A stretch of 64,000 bases of DNA. It comes from an uncultured Pseudomonadota bacterium (GTDB lineage Bacteria; Pseudomonadota; Alphaproteobacteria; RF32; CAG-239). This document shows, piece by piece, positions 9,658-19,387 of this stretch (position 1 is the stretch's first letter; each line of letters opens with the position of its first letter). Below the pieces are notes generated by a model that saw only the letters and a program-made list of their open reading frames with translations, was not told the DNA's origin and searched no databases. The translations under genes were made by a program, and so were the position numbers. The DNA lies in NCBI GenBank assembly GCA_949295005.1, contig CASFJL010000005.1, positions 2,589 through 66,588 of the forward strand. The letters run 5' to 3'.

Positions 9658-10213
9658 AGCTCTTGAGCAAATTCTCAATTGATTCTTGCTCTGTTTCAAC
9701 CATTTGACGCTCTTCTTGGCTGATTTTTTCTATATTCAAAAGTCTTTCTTGCTCTTGAGCTAAGTTTTTTAAACTTTTAACCATATTCTCATCGGGTGCC
9801 ACATTAATTCCTTCCAGCATCAATGTCTGGAGTTTTTTTATTTCTTTATCACGTTGTATGGTGTCTATAATGATTTTTAATCTGGCTCCAATGTAAAAAA
9901 ATCTCTCAGCTTTCCAACCATGCTCTTGCAGCCAATTTGCCATATATGGATTCAACTTTGATAAATTTTCCTGCGTGCTATATGATAAATTGCCCTTAAA
10001 AGGTATCATGGCGTTTTGTTCTTTATATATCATCAGCGTCTTTAGAAAAGACCTCAGCTCTCTTTTGGATATATAAGGGTTTGTCTGCTCTTGCTCTGAA
10101 CCATATTTTGGAGCCAATAACTCTGGCTTGATATTAAATGATTGATACAAAAAAACCGCTGTGCCCAGCAAAAAGGCGCCACACAAAACAATCTGCTTTT
10201 TTGTATTATTCAT
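9650..10213 (-). CDS. hypothetical membrane-anchored protein
   Basis: N-terminal TM/signal segment (IVLCGAFLLGTAVFLY). The 3' end overlaps uup convergently by 8 nt. No family recognised. Confidence 0.5.
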   Translation of the reverse strand: MNNTKKQIVLCGAFLLGTAVFLYQSFNIKPELLAPKYGSEQEQTNPYISKRELRSFLKTLMIYKEQNAMIPFKGNLSYSTQENLSKLNPYMANWLQEHGWKAERFFYIGARLKIIIDTIQRDKEIKKLQTLMLEGINVAPDENMVKSLKNLAQEQERLLNIEKISQEERQMVETEQESIENLLKSFN

Positions 10214-10214
10214 C

Positions 10215-11081
10215 TTACCATCTTAAATTTGAAATGACATAATCTGGATATGCGTCAAAATTTTTTGATAACTCTCTGGTTTTTGCCACATCCGGAATAT
10301 AACCTTCTCCCAAATAGGTCATATGAATCCCTTTGGAAACCAAGCAAGCTTGAATATTGGCCAAATTTGCCCCTTTGATATCTGTGGACATATTATCTCC
10401 AATGAGCAAGACTTTGCTTTTATCTTCCTCCTCAATGCTCTCAAGAGCATAATTCATAACTAAAATATTGGGTTTGCCCAAAGTAATGATATTTCCACCC
10501 AAAATGGCATATTGTTCCGCAAAAGCCGCCGGCGCCAAACAAATTTTGCCATTTTTATAGGTTGAGGTGTCATTTCCGGCGCAAACAAAAGGCAAATTTA
10601 AGCTTGCGGCATATTCTAACTCCGGTTGATATGTTTCAACCGTATCTGTTATGTTGGCCACATCTGTCATCAGAATAAAATCTGCTTTTGAAATATCATC
10701 TACAACTTCATAATCCAAGCCAAACAAAATGCCTTTATCATCTTTTGAGCCCAATAGATAACATTTTTTGCCCAAAGCACCAAAATTTCCTTCTTTGTTT
10801 TTTAAGTGATAATGCAACATCTCTCCGGCGGTGACAATACTCTCAAACAGGCTTAACGGTACTTTGTTTTGGTGCAATATCATAGCCAAAGTTTTAACTC
10901 TTTGGGGAGTATTGCTCAAAAGTATAACTTTTTTTCCGGCTTTTTTTATATTAATCAGGGCAGAAACAGCCTCTGACTTCAAGCCGTCTCCTTCTGTCAA
11001 CACACCTGAAAATCCGACAACAACCGCATTATAATTGTCAATAATTTTCAATATATTAACAATGGGTTTTATCATTTTCAT
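10215..11081 (-). CDS. HAD-superfamily subfamily IIA hydrolase
   Basis: Size and motifs (N-terminal (V)GFSGVL in place of DxDG, LLSNT, C-terminal IGDNMSTDIKGA) fit HAD-IIA sugar-phosphatase-like proteins. Confidence 0.7.
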   Translation of the reverse strand: MKMIKPIVNILKIIDNYNAVVVGFSGVLTEGDGLKSEAVSALINIKKAGKKVILLSNTPQRVKTLAMILHQNKVPLSLFESIVTAGEMLHYHLKNKEGNFGALGKKCYLLGSKDDKGILFGLDYEVVDDISKADFILMTDVANITDTVETYQPELEYAASLNLPFVCAGNDTSTYKNGKICLAPAAFAEQYAILGGNIITLGKPNILVMNYALESIEEEDKSKVLLIGDNMSTDIKGANLANIQACLVSKGIHMTYLGEGYIPDVAKTRELSKNFDAYPDYVISNLRW

Positions 11082-11165
11082 CTTATTTATTCAAACCTCA
11101 ATCTTTGTAAATTTTTTTTAAAATTAATCTAATTTAGCCTCAAATTCAAGCAAATAAACAAAGTT

Positions 11166-11897
11166 TTAAGCCTTTTTTTTGCTTATTTCCAATATCACTT
11201 TGTTGGCTATCATCAAGCCAAAAATTGCCGTAATGGTTGGAAGAGAACCTAAAGTATTTCTCACTCCTTCTTCTTTGTTTTCTATAAAGCCTTTTTCTTC
11301 TGAATTTGTTTGCTCATCTGAAAAAACACATTCTACCTTTGTTATGTCTGCTCCGCGTTTTTTTAAGCGTTTTCTGACAAACTTTGCCAGACCGCAATTT
11401 TGTGTTTTATCTAAAGTGGCATATTTGATATGTATCGGGTCTGTCTTTAAGGCTGCCCCCATAGATGAAATAAACGGAATATTATTTTTTATCAAAGCCT
11501 CTATCAAACCGCATTTAGAGTTTAGAGAATCTATGGCATCAATCACATAATCTACTTTTTTTTCTAAAAGAAAGGGAAGTGTTTTTTCATCTACAAAAGT
11601 GTCTATGATTTCAACTTTGCACGCAGGATTAATTGCTAAAACTCTTTCTTTGGCAACCTCTGTTTTTTTGCGTCCGATGGTAGAATGCAGCGCCAAAATT
11701 TGACGATTGATATTGCTTTCATCAAATTTATCAAAATCAACCAAAATCAAGTGTCCGATTCCAGATCTTGCCAAAGCCTCTAACACATAGCCACCCACTG
11801 CACCCAAACCAACCAACATTACCTTGGCTGACATTAATCTTTTTATGCCGTCTTCTTTAAGCAAAAGAGAGGTTCTTAAAAACTGTTCCGCAATCAT
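11166..11897 (-). CDS. tcdA: tRNA threonylcarbamoyladenosine dehydratase (ThiF/MoeB-like E1 fold)
   Basis: VMLVGLGAVGGYVLEALARSGIG...LVDFD...SNINRQ...AIDS is collinear with the YgdL/TcdA family. Confidence 0.75.
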   Translation of the reverse strand: MIAEQFLRTSLLLKEDGIKRLMSAKVMLVGLGAVGGYVLEALARSGIGHLILVDFDKFDESNINRQILALHSTIGRKKTEVAKERVLAINPACKVEIIDTFVDEKTLPFLLEKKVDYVIDAIDSLNSKCGLIEALIKNNIPFISSMGAALKTDPIHIKYATLDKTQNCGLAKFVRKRLKKRGADITKVECVFSDEQTNSEEKGFIENKEEGVRNTLGSLPTITAIFGLMIANKVILEISKKKA

Positions 11898-12634
11898 ATT
11901 TTTATAAACTCCATCGAATTTTCAAAGACTTGTGCTGCCGTTTGTAATGCAGGTTGCTTTCTTATATCTGCCATTTCTTGCAACAATTTCGGCAGAAAAG
12001 AAATATCACTTTCCTCGCCTTTTTCCAAAGCCTGATACGGACCGTCCGTTTCAATCAGCATCTTATTTATCGGTGTATTTTGAATAATTTCTTCTTTATG
12101 CTTATTTTTCAAAATGGAAGCACAAAAAGAAACATAGCCGCCGCTTTTGATAATTTTTTTAAGATGTTCCGGATGACCATTAAATGAGTGAAAAACAAAT
12201 TTTTGCGGCAATTCAGACCACACTTCATCCAACCAATCAACAGCTTTAACCGCATGGATGATTAACGGGCGATTATACTTTTTTGCCAAAAGACAATGCG
12301 TCTTAAAAAATGAAAGCTGAGGCTCTTTTTCATTATCTTTGATTTTATCTAATCCGGTTTCTCCTATTAAAGCCGAAGGATTATCTTGCAAATATTGTTC
12401 TAAATGTTTGGCCCAATCTAAGGAAGCTTCTTTAACATACCACGGATGCAGCCCAAATGCGGGTATAACCTCTGAATGCGTTTGTGCCAACTTTTGAACT
12501 TTTGCCCAATCTTGCTCTTTGGCGGAAACACAAATAACTTTTTTAACATTAAATTTGGGCATTGCGCTAAGAATATCCGTTGCACATTTTTGTTTATAAT
12601 CTTGCAAATGAATGTGTGTGTCTATAAACTGCAC
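11894..12634 (-). CDS. TatD-family metal-dependent hydrolase
   Basis: FIDTHIHL start motif, internal GETGLD, HSF and ETDGPY motifs. Overlaps tcdA by 4 nt. Confidence 0.85.
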   Translation of the reverse strand: MQFIDTHIHLQDYKQKCATDILSAMPKFNVKKVICVSAKEQDWAKVQKLAQTHSEVIPAFGLHPWYVKEASLDWAKHLEQYLQDNPSALIGETGLDKIKDNEKEPQLSFFKTHCLLAKKYNRPLIIHAVKAVDWLDEVWSELPQKFVFHSFNGHPEHLKKIIKSGGYVSFCASILKNKHKEEIIQNTPINKMLIETDGPYQALEKGEESDISFLPKLLQEMADIRKQPALQTAAQVFENSMEFIKI

Positions 12635-12683
12635 TTAATGTTCCTGTTAAAATTGATTAGTTTTGAAAGGATATTAAAAAATT

Positions 12684-13775
12684 ATGCATATTTTTACAAG
12701 ACCAATTTTAGAAATTAATCTTTTCAATTTGCTTGAAAACTTTAATCAATTAACCAAACTTGCCAAAAACTCCATTCCCGCTGCCGTTATTAAAGATGAT
12801 GCCTATGGTTTGGGTGCTGAAATTGTGGCTGAAACTTTATATAAAAAAGCAAATTGCCGCCATTTTTTTGTGGCTCATGCCATTGAAGGAGAAAAAATCA
12901 GAAACAAGGTGTCTGACTCTCAAATTTTTGTTTTGCAAGGTATTGGTGAAGATAGTTTAGCTTGCTTTGAACAAAACAATTTGATTCCGGTTATTAGTTC
13001 TCCGCAAATGTTTGAATTTTGGAAAACTCATAAAATTTCTGGCATTAAACCCGTTATTCATATTGAAACAGGACTTAATCGCTTGGGTTTTAGAGAATGG
13101 GAGTTGGAAAAATTATCTGCCGATGACATTAAAGAATTTTCTATGGTGATGTCTCATTTGGCTTGTGGTGATGAAAAAGACCACTTTATGAACAAACATC
13201 AGTTAGAAAACTTTAATCGGCTTAAGCAAAAATATTTTCCTCATCTTCCAGCTTCTTTGGCTGCCTCTGACGGGGTTTTCTTAGGTAAAGATTTTCAGCA
13301 AGATATGGTGCGTTTGGGCGCTGCAATGTATGGCTTAAACACGGCACCGTATAGAGAAAATCAGATGAAAAACGTGATTTATCTTAAAGCTCCTGTTTTG
13401 CAGATAGAAGATTTGCCTCAAGGTGAATTTGTCGGATATTCGGCAACTTATCGCGCAAACAGCAAAAGAAAAATTGCCATCATTTCCATTGGCTACGGAG
13501 ATGGAATTCCTCGTTCATTATCTAATGTGGGAAAAGTGTTTTTTAAATCTAAAAATCAGCTTTTTGAGGCCAGAATTATTGGCAGAATTTCTATGGATAA
13601 TATTATTTGTGATGTTACCAATGTGGAAAATTTAAGCGTTGGTGATTGGTGTTATTTGTTGGATGATTTTTATACGCTTGACGATATGGGCAGAGATGCC
13701 GGAACAATCGGCTATGAAATTGTATCCAGAATCGGAAAAAATACACGTTATATTCGCCATTATATTAACGAATAA
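12684..13775 (+). CDS. alr: alanine racemase
   Basis: PLP-Lys region AVIKDDAYGLGA plus a C-terminal beta-domain with GYGDG and RISMD motifs. Confidence 0.9.
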   Translation: MHIFTRPILEINLFNLLENFNQLTKLAKNSIPAAVIKDDAYGLGAEIVAETLYKKANCRHFFVAHAIEGEKIRNKVSDSQIFVLQGIGEDSLACFEQNNLIPVISSPQMFEFWKTHKISGIKPVIHIETGLNRLGFREWELEKLSADDIKEFSMVMSHLACGDEKDHFMNKHQLENFNRLKQKYFPHLPASLAASDGVFLGKDFQQDMVRLGAAMYGLNTAPYRENQMKNVIYLKAPVLQIEDLPQGEFVGYSATYRANSKRKIAIISIGYGDGIPRSLSNVGKVFFKSKNQLFEARIIGRISMDNIICDVTNVENLSVGDWCYLLDDFYTLDDMGRDAGTIGYEIVSRIGKNTRYIRHYINE

Positions 13776-13816
13776 TCTTAATCAAAAGCCTACAAGCCAG
13801 AGATAGCAACGCAAAA

Positions 13817-13846
13817 ACGCCAAGGATACAATCCTCGGCGTTTTTT
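13817..13846 (+). terminator. rho-independent terminator after alr
   Basis: ACGCCAAGGA / TCCTCGGCGT stem (one mismatch), 5-nt loop, then TTTTTT at 13841..13846. Confidence 0.6.
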
Positions 13847-13866
13847 ATCATGAGTAACCTAATCAG

Positions 13867-13942
<76 letters not shown>

Positions 13943-14043
13943 AATGTTCAATAATCTAATCTCAGCCAATGTAAATTGCAAGCCTTATTTGCGCAAATTT
14001 GTCTCTTATCCCAAAAAAATACCCCAAAATCGGGGTATTTAAT

Positions 14044-16521
14044 TTATGCTTCTTTCAGTTTTTTCTTTTTAGACGGTGCTTTTTTACCTTCTTTTTTTTC
14101 TGGTTTTAATTTTTGCAATAAAGCCGCTCTTAACTCTGGATCTCCTATGGTTAATGTTTGTTGCGGGAACGGAATTTCAATTCCCTCTTCTTTGAAACGG
14201 CGGTCAATTTCAAAACGCAAATCACTTGGAATAATCCAACCTGTCCAGATGTCACTGGTATAACAACGCAACTCAAAATCCAAACTGCTTGGACCAAAAT
14301 CTTTGAAAATAACCGAAGGCGCAGGTTTTTTCAATACACGTTTATGATTTTCTGCACATTCAAGCAAAATCTCTGCAACGCGTTTTGTATCTGAGCCATA
14401 AGCAACACCCACATTAATTGACATTCTGGAAGAGTTATCACTATGGGTTAAGTTGGTAACCGTGGTGGAAAGCAAGTTTGCATTCGGAATAATCAAGCTT
14501 GTTTTTCTAAATGTCTCAACTTCGGTTGCTCTGATATTGATTTGTTTAACCCGACCTTCTTCACCGTTGATACTTACCCAATCTCCTACTTTAATCGGTC
14601 TTTCAAACAAAATGATAATGCCTGATACAAAGTTGTTTACCACGTTTTGTAAACCTAAACCGATACCAACTGATAATGCACCGGCAATCAAAGCAAGGTT
14701 TCCTAAATCTCCTCCCATGATGGCTATGGCAAGTAGCGCTGATAAAACATAGCCGATTGAACCAAAACCAGACTCTAGTGAGGCTTTTATGCCTTCATCA
14801 ATATCCATTTTGCACAAAACATTTGAGGCTAATCTCTTTTTTAAGGCGCGAACAATATTTACGGCCACAAAAAATATGATTAAACCTAAAAAGATTGATA
14901 AAAGAGAGATTTTTATACCCCCTATTTTAAATCCGGTAAAGACCTTGTATATGCCATGATTTAATATATCTACTGATACACCCCACAAAGCCAATAACAA
15001 ATAAATGGTCATTAAAACAAATAATGGATCAACAACCAAGCTTATCCAAAAATTGAGTTTGGATAAAATCTTCCTTTTTATGCGGAAGTTTTTGGCCCAA
15101 AAACGCATAAGCAATATTCTATGCAATATCTCTTCAAATGCCTTGCGTATGATATACATAAAGCCTAATAAAATAAATGTCATAATTAAATGATTTAAGA
15201 TAAATGCCGATAAAAACGGATATCCCGAAATGGCTACCAAACATAAAATTATGCCAAATACCGTTGTGAAAAAAGTGATTTTGAAGGTAGAACTTTCACT
15301 ATCGTCTTCTACATTTTCTTCATCTTCTTCCAAATTTTCATCTTCTACTTCCGGTAAGCCATCCCATAAGCTGCGACGAACAATTAACCAGATAAAGAAG
15401 GCTTTTGCAAAACACCCCAACGCACTGATATATGCTGATAAATCTATGTTATAATCTGAGCGATCTGCCAAATGCTCTAAAAAGCCAAATAAACCTATGG
15501 CATATATCATTCCATAAAAGGCTGATGCCATACTTAAAGCCTTTTCATTATTAACATTAACCAAGCGCCATTTTTCATTATATGGAGCAAAAACAACGCG
15601 GGCAATTGCTCTGCCTAACAAAACATATAAAGAAAAGAACAAAAAACTACCGATGACAGATGCAAAATAACCATTAATAAGTTCTGTGGAGGCTATCCAT
15701 ATTAACATACCAATAATAATGCATGACGGAATCACCCCATAACCAATAGCCACACAGATTGCCGCCCAAACTTTTTTGCCGTATCTTGGATGCTCAATTT
15801 CATTATTATATCCAAATTTGCGCATAATCAACAAACGCAAATACACACCCAAAACCAAACTCAAAATAAAGATGAAAAAAACAGGAAGGACATTGCTGTA
15901 AACCTGCCCTTTTTCCGTTTGATTTAAACTATCATACCAATTTATCGGAGAATAAATAATATCATAAGCAAAACTCAATAGATATTTATTTGCTTCTAAT
16001 AAATTTGCCGGATTTATCAGCGGATTTTGTTTGTTGAACAAATTACCAAAAAGTTCTTTACTGCGTAAGTTTAAGATACGCGTATCTGTTTCATCCAAAC
16101 GAGCTAAAATAACATCAGCTTCTGCAACTTTGCCTTTTTGTGTATTTAACTCCGCCGTAAATTCTTTACGCTTTTGTGATAATAATTTTGATTCTTTTCC
16201 GCCTTCAGGTGCTTCTCCCAATGCATCTAGCTTTTTTTGCGTATATTGCATATCTTGCTCTAAAGATTTTTTCTTCTCCAAAGCTAACGTACGCATGGTG
16301 GAAGATAACCTAATGCTGGCTTGCAAATAATCAGGTTTGGCGGAACCGCTTTTTAAGATTTTGTCCATATCATTCAGCATAGTGCTGAACTTCATATAAT
16401 CAAACTCAGTTAAGGTTTCTGTTGTTTGAGTTGCGGTTGTTTTATCTTGAGCAAAAACATTATTCACACCAGCAAGCAAACAGAAAAATGAAAAAAGCAA
16501 AAGCGGTAAAATCTTTTTCAT
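14044..16521 (-). CDS. MscK/KefA-type mechanosensitive channel (MscS family, large periplasmic N-domain)
   Basis: Signal peptide, long coiled-coil periplasmic region and about 10 TM segments. The C-terminal MscS core reads IIILFERPIKVGDWVSINGEEGRVKQINIRAT. Confidence 0.85.
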   Translation of the reverse strand: MKKILPLLLFSFFCLLAGVNNVFAQDKTTATQTTETLTEFDYMKFSTMLNDMDKILKSGSAKPDYLQASIRLSSTMRTLALEKKKSLEQDMQYTQKKLDALGEAPEGGKESKLLSQKRKEFTAELNTQKGKVAEADVILARLDETDTRILNLRSKELFGNLFNKQNPLINPANLLEANKYLLSFAYDIIYSPINWYDSLNQTEKGQVYSNVLPVFFIFILSLVLGVYLRLLIMRKFGYNNEIEHPRYGKKVWAAICVAIGYGVIPSCIIIGMLIWIASTELINGYFASVIGSFLFFSLYVLLGRAIARVVFAPYNEKWRLVNVNNEKALSMASAFYGMIYAIGLFGFLEHLADRSDYNIDLSAYISALGCFAKAFFIWLIVRRSLWDGLPEVEDENLEEDEENVEDDSESSTFKITFFTTVFGIILCLVAISGYPFLSAFILNHLIMTFILLGFMYIIRKAFEEILHRILLMRFWAKNFRIKRKILSKLNFWISLVVDPLFVLMTIYLLLALWGVSVDILNHGIYKVFTGFKIGGIKISLLSIFLGLIIFFVAVNIVRALKKRLASNVLCKMDIDEGIKASLESGFGSIGYVLSALLAIAIMGGDLGNLALIAGALSVGIGLGLQNVVNNFVSGIIILFERPIKVGDWVSINGEEGRVKQINIRATEVETFRKTSLIIPNANLLSTTVTNLTHSDNSSRMSINVGVAYGSDTKRVAEILLECAENHKRVLKKPAPSVIFKDFGPSSLDFELRCYTSDIWTGWIIPSDLRFEIDRRFKEEGIEIPFPQQTLTIGDPELRAALLQKLKPEKKEGKKAPSKKKKLKEA

Positions 16522-16552
16522 CGGAATATTCCTTAAACTTTATGATAACAAA

Positions 16553-17557
16553 CTATTTTCCTAACATCAATTTCATAACATTAAAGGCATTTTTGGCCAC
16601 GCCGACACGCAAGTTATCTGCCACACACCAGAAACTAATGCCGTTTTCAACCGAAATATCTTGACGTAAGCGGCTGACGTAAACCTCATTTTCTCCTTGG
16701 ACGTCACTCATGGTAACATAGCCGCCGTTAACGTGTTTATCAAACACAACCACGCCTTCGGTTTTGCTCATAAGAGAACGAACATCTTCAACATCAACCT
16801 CATCTGCACATTCAACATTGACAAACAAGCCACAACCAATAAATGCCGGTATAACGGCGCAGTTGGCGTGCACCTTAACATTGCCGTTCAAAACCTTTTT
16901 AGTTTCTGCATTTAATGCCCATTCGGTCTGTGTTTCATCACCCAAAAATTCTCCAACTTGCGGAATGACATTAAATGCAATTTGCTTATTAAAAACTTGT
17001 TGGTCATCAACAAGAGAATCGTTCATATAAATTTTTCTGACTTGGTTGAACAGCTCATCCATACCCTCTTTACCATAAACAGAAGTAGAACTGTATGAGG
17101 TGACAACCAAACGGTTAATCAAATATTTTTCATGAACCTTGCTCAAAGGTAACAACATTTGGGTTACAGCGGCAGAGGGAATCGAAACCAAACCTCGTTT
17201 TGCCTCACTAATTTTGGCATCATTAACACCGGCCACAATCATCGGCACATCACTTTCAGCAAAAAAAGCAGAAGATGTATCAACAACTTTTATGCCTTTG
17301 TTCAAAGCCTTTGGAACATAGCGCTTGGCCAGCTCATCGGTGGTGGCAAAAATGGCAACATCTACCTTGCCAAAATCAAAATCATCAAGATTATAAACAT
17401 CTAAGTCATCATCTTCACCGTAAGAAACTTGGTTGCCCAAGGCTGATTTATAATCCACGGCAAAAACATCTTTGGCTTTGATACCGTCTTCTTCCAAAAA
17501 ACTTAAAATTTCTCTTCCGACGCTTTCCATTACGCCGATAACTGCAATCTTTGTCAT
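16553..17557 (-). CDS. aspartate-semialdehyde dehydrogenase / USG-1 family protein with degenerate catalytic motifs
   Basis: Full-length collinearity with the Asd/USG-1 fold (QIAFNVIPQ, WCVADNLRVGVAKNA). The real start is ATG 17557 (AAGGAAGA RBS). The ORF-track N-terminal 89 aa extension is implausible. See the finding for motif losses. Confidence 0.8.
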   Translation of the reverse strand: MTKIAVIGVMESVGREILSFLEEDGIKAKDVFAVDYKSALGNQVSYGEDDDLDVYNLDDFDFGKVDVAIFATTDELAKRYVPKALNKGIKVVDTSSAFFAESDVPMIVAGVNDAKISEAKRGLVSIPSAAVTQMLLPLSKVHEKYLINRLVVTSYSSTSVYGKEGMDELFNQVRKIYMNDSLVDDQQVFNKQIAFNVIPQVGEFLGDETQTEWALNAETKKVLNGNVKVHANCAVIPAFIGCGLFVNVECADEVDVEDVRSLMSKTEGVVVFDKHVNGGYVTMSDVQGENEVYVSRLRQDISVENGISFWCVADNLRVGVAKNAFNVMKLMLGK

Positions 17558-17841
17558 TTGAATCTTCCTTAAAATAAAAAACATTTTGCTTTTTATATAA
17601 CAATTTTTTTCTTTATACCAATAAATATTTAAAATTTTTAAAATATTTTGTTGACGGATTTTAGACAAAATAATGTATTCCTCTTGTTTTAAGATTATTG
17701 TGGTTATTGTTATAAATGGATTGATTGATTCTTTGCTAAGAGGGAATAGTCGGTTGGTTTTTGGCGATGATGATAATAAGCTTAAGGCTCTTGCTCCGAA
17801 AATCGGGTAAGATATTTTATTCATCTAAATTTTTTTATTTT

Positions 17842-19299
17842 ATGAAAAATTTTAATTTTAAGGCAATTATTATTGCCATCGTTGCGCCATTCGTTAGATT
17901 GTTTCCTGCATGGGCACTCAAGTACACAAAAAGGTCAAACAAGTATGCCGAGAAGTTTCAGCTTTCAGCTATTAAGGAAAAAAATTATCTATTAGAGCAT
18001 CCTCAATCAGCAGAGTGGATTGGAGAGCGTATTTGGCATTGGCAAACGCGCAAATTCTTCTATAACCGCAAAGACGTATTACCGGAACTCTTTGAAATTT
18101 TTATCAAAGATATTCCAAACTCTGTAATCTTTGAGGCGGCATATGAAATTGCTCCCGAAGAAGCTATCAAGGCTAAAAGCTACACACTTGATAGCAAACG
18201 GATTGTAAAAGCATGTGATGATAACATAAATTATCTTTACATCTTAGTAGACAAACAACCCCAAAGCTTTACGGTTGATGTGGTAAAGAAACTAAGCTAC
18301 AAACTCAAAGAAGCTTATTTTTCTTACATCTTTACAAAATGTAGGTGGGAAGAATTGATGGTCTTGGATGTTGTGCTATATGAACAATATGCGCAATGCG
18401 ATTTGGCAAAAAAATGCCTTTTTTTTTTAATGGGGTTGAAAGATTATAAACCAAATCTTTCGGCAGAGCAATTAAGCTCTCTTGGTGATGATTTTGAGAA
18501 GTGGTGCAAAAATTCTGACCCATATGCCGTGGCTGATAAAATGGCGGATTATTGGGCTGAAGGAAGAAATTTTGAAGCCATTAATAATTTGCTTCAACGT
18601 CTGATAAAAGCAGAGGTTTCTCCGCAGCGAGATGACCTTGCCCGCAAGCTATTGCAGCTACAGCCATCGGATGTAAGCATCCATTATGCAGATAGTTTAC
18701 ATTCAATGTTAGAACACGGCATTGCTTGTCCTTATGCTTTTAAGTTTTTGTTAGACCAAGAAGATTTGGCAAATGTTAATCTTAACTTGGCTCTTTGCAT
18801 TAACCAAAAACTTGAAGGCAAAATATTAAGGCAAGATTTTGAGTGCTTCAATGACAAGCAAAAAGAAAATCTTTTGGTCGCTTTGGCAGAAGATGGCTTG
18901 CTCTCTAAAAAAATGCTCAATCACACTCCAAATGAGACTATCAAAAGCAAATTGTTGGACATTTTGGAAGAAAAGGCTCAAGTCAAATGGTTTGACCCTC
19001 AATTGGGATACAGCGTTAAAGCTGAATCTGTAAAAATCCTTGATAACTATTTTAGAAAAGGAAAAATCTATGGTGCACTCCAAGATTTGACTTTTAGGGA
19101 TTATAATTGGGTTCAAATTTTTGTTGAGCGGAATTGGTATGACGAGCCGCATAAATTAAAATTGATGCAGAGTGTGTTTGTACCTCAAATTCAATTTTTT
19201 ATGCAAAATTATGGTATCACACAAGCTCAGTTTGAGGCTCTTCTTACGGGAAGAAATGCCAATTTGGCTCCTGAGGCTATGCTGTATTTGAAAAAATAA
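17842..19299 (+). CDS. hypothetical protein (485 aa), no recognisable family
   Basis: Long ORF. ATG at 17842 (MKNFNFKAIIIAIVAPF) avoids overlap with the asd-like upstream region. Helical, Trp/Cys-containing and has no TM segments after the N-terminus. Confidence 0.55.
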   Translation: MKNFNFKAIIIAIVAPFVRLFPAWALKYTKRSNKYAEKFQLSAIKEKNYLLEHPQSAEWIGERIWHWQTRKFFYNRKDVLPELFEIFIKDIPNSVIFEAAYEIAPEEAIKAKSYTLDSKRIVKACDDNINYLYILVDKQPQSFTVDVVKKLSYKLKEAYFSYIFTKCRWEELMVLDVVLYEQYAQCDLAKKCLFFLMGLKDYKPNLSAEQLSSLGDDFEKWCKNSDPYAVADKMADYWAEGRNFEAINNLLQRLIKAEVSPQRDDLARKLLQLQPSDVSIHYADSLHSMLEHGIACPYAFKFLLDQEDLANVNLNLALCINQKLEGKILRQDFECFNDKQKENLLVALAEDGLLSKKMLNHTPNETIKSKLLDILEEKAQVKWFDPQLGYSVKAESVKILDNYFRKGKIYGALQDLTFRDYNWVQIFVERNWYDEPHKLKLMQSVFVPQIQFFMQNYGITQAQFEALLTGRNANLAPEAMLYLKK

Positions 19300-19351
19300 A
19301 CCTTAGCTCCTGAGGTTATAATAGGAGCAACAAATCAATCTAGCCATTTTC

Positions 19352-19385
19352 AAAACGCCCCGGCTTGTGAAAGTCAGGGCGTTTT
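19352..19385. terminator. bidirectional terminator between convergent genes
   Basis: AAAACGCCC (19352..19360) pairs with GGGCGTTTT (19377..19385), with an inner GGCTT/AAGTC extension. It is flanked by A- and T-runs. Confidence 0.65.
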
Positions 19386-19387
19386 TC

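Noticed and set aside
17558-17824. 89-aa N-terminal extension of the asd-like ORF (ORF-track 16553..17824) and the overlapping 17761 start of the next ORF
   Set aside because: The extension has no homology to the Asd fold, runs through the divergent promoter region and is Ile/Lys/Asn-rich. ATG 17557 has a strong AAGGAAGA RBS and begins exactly at the Rossmann strand. ATG 17842 is a sensible start for the divergent gene.
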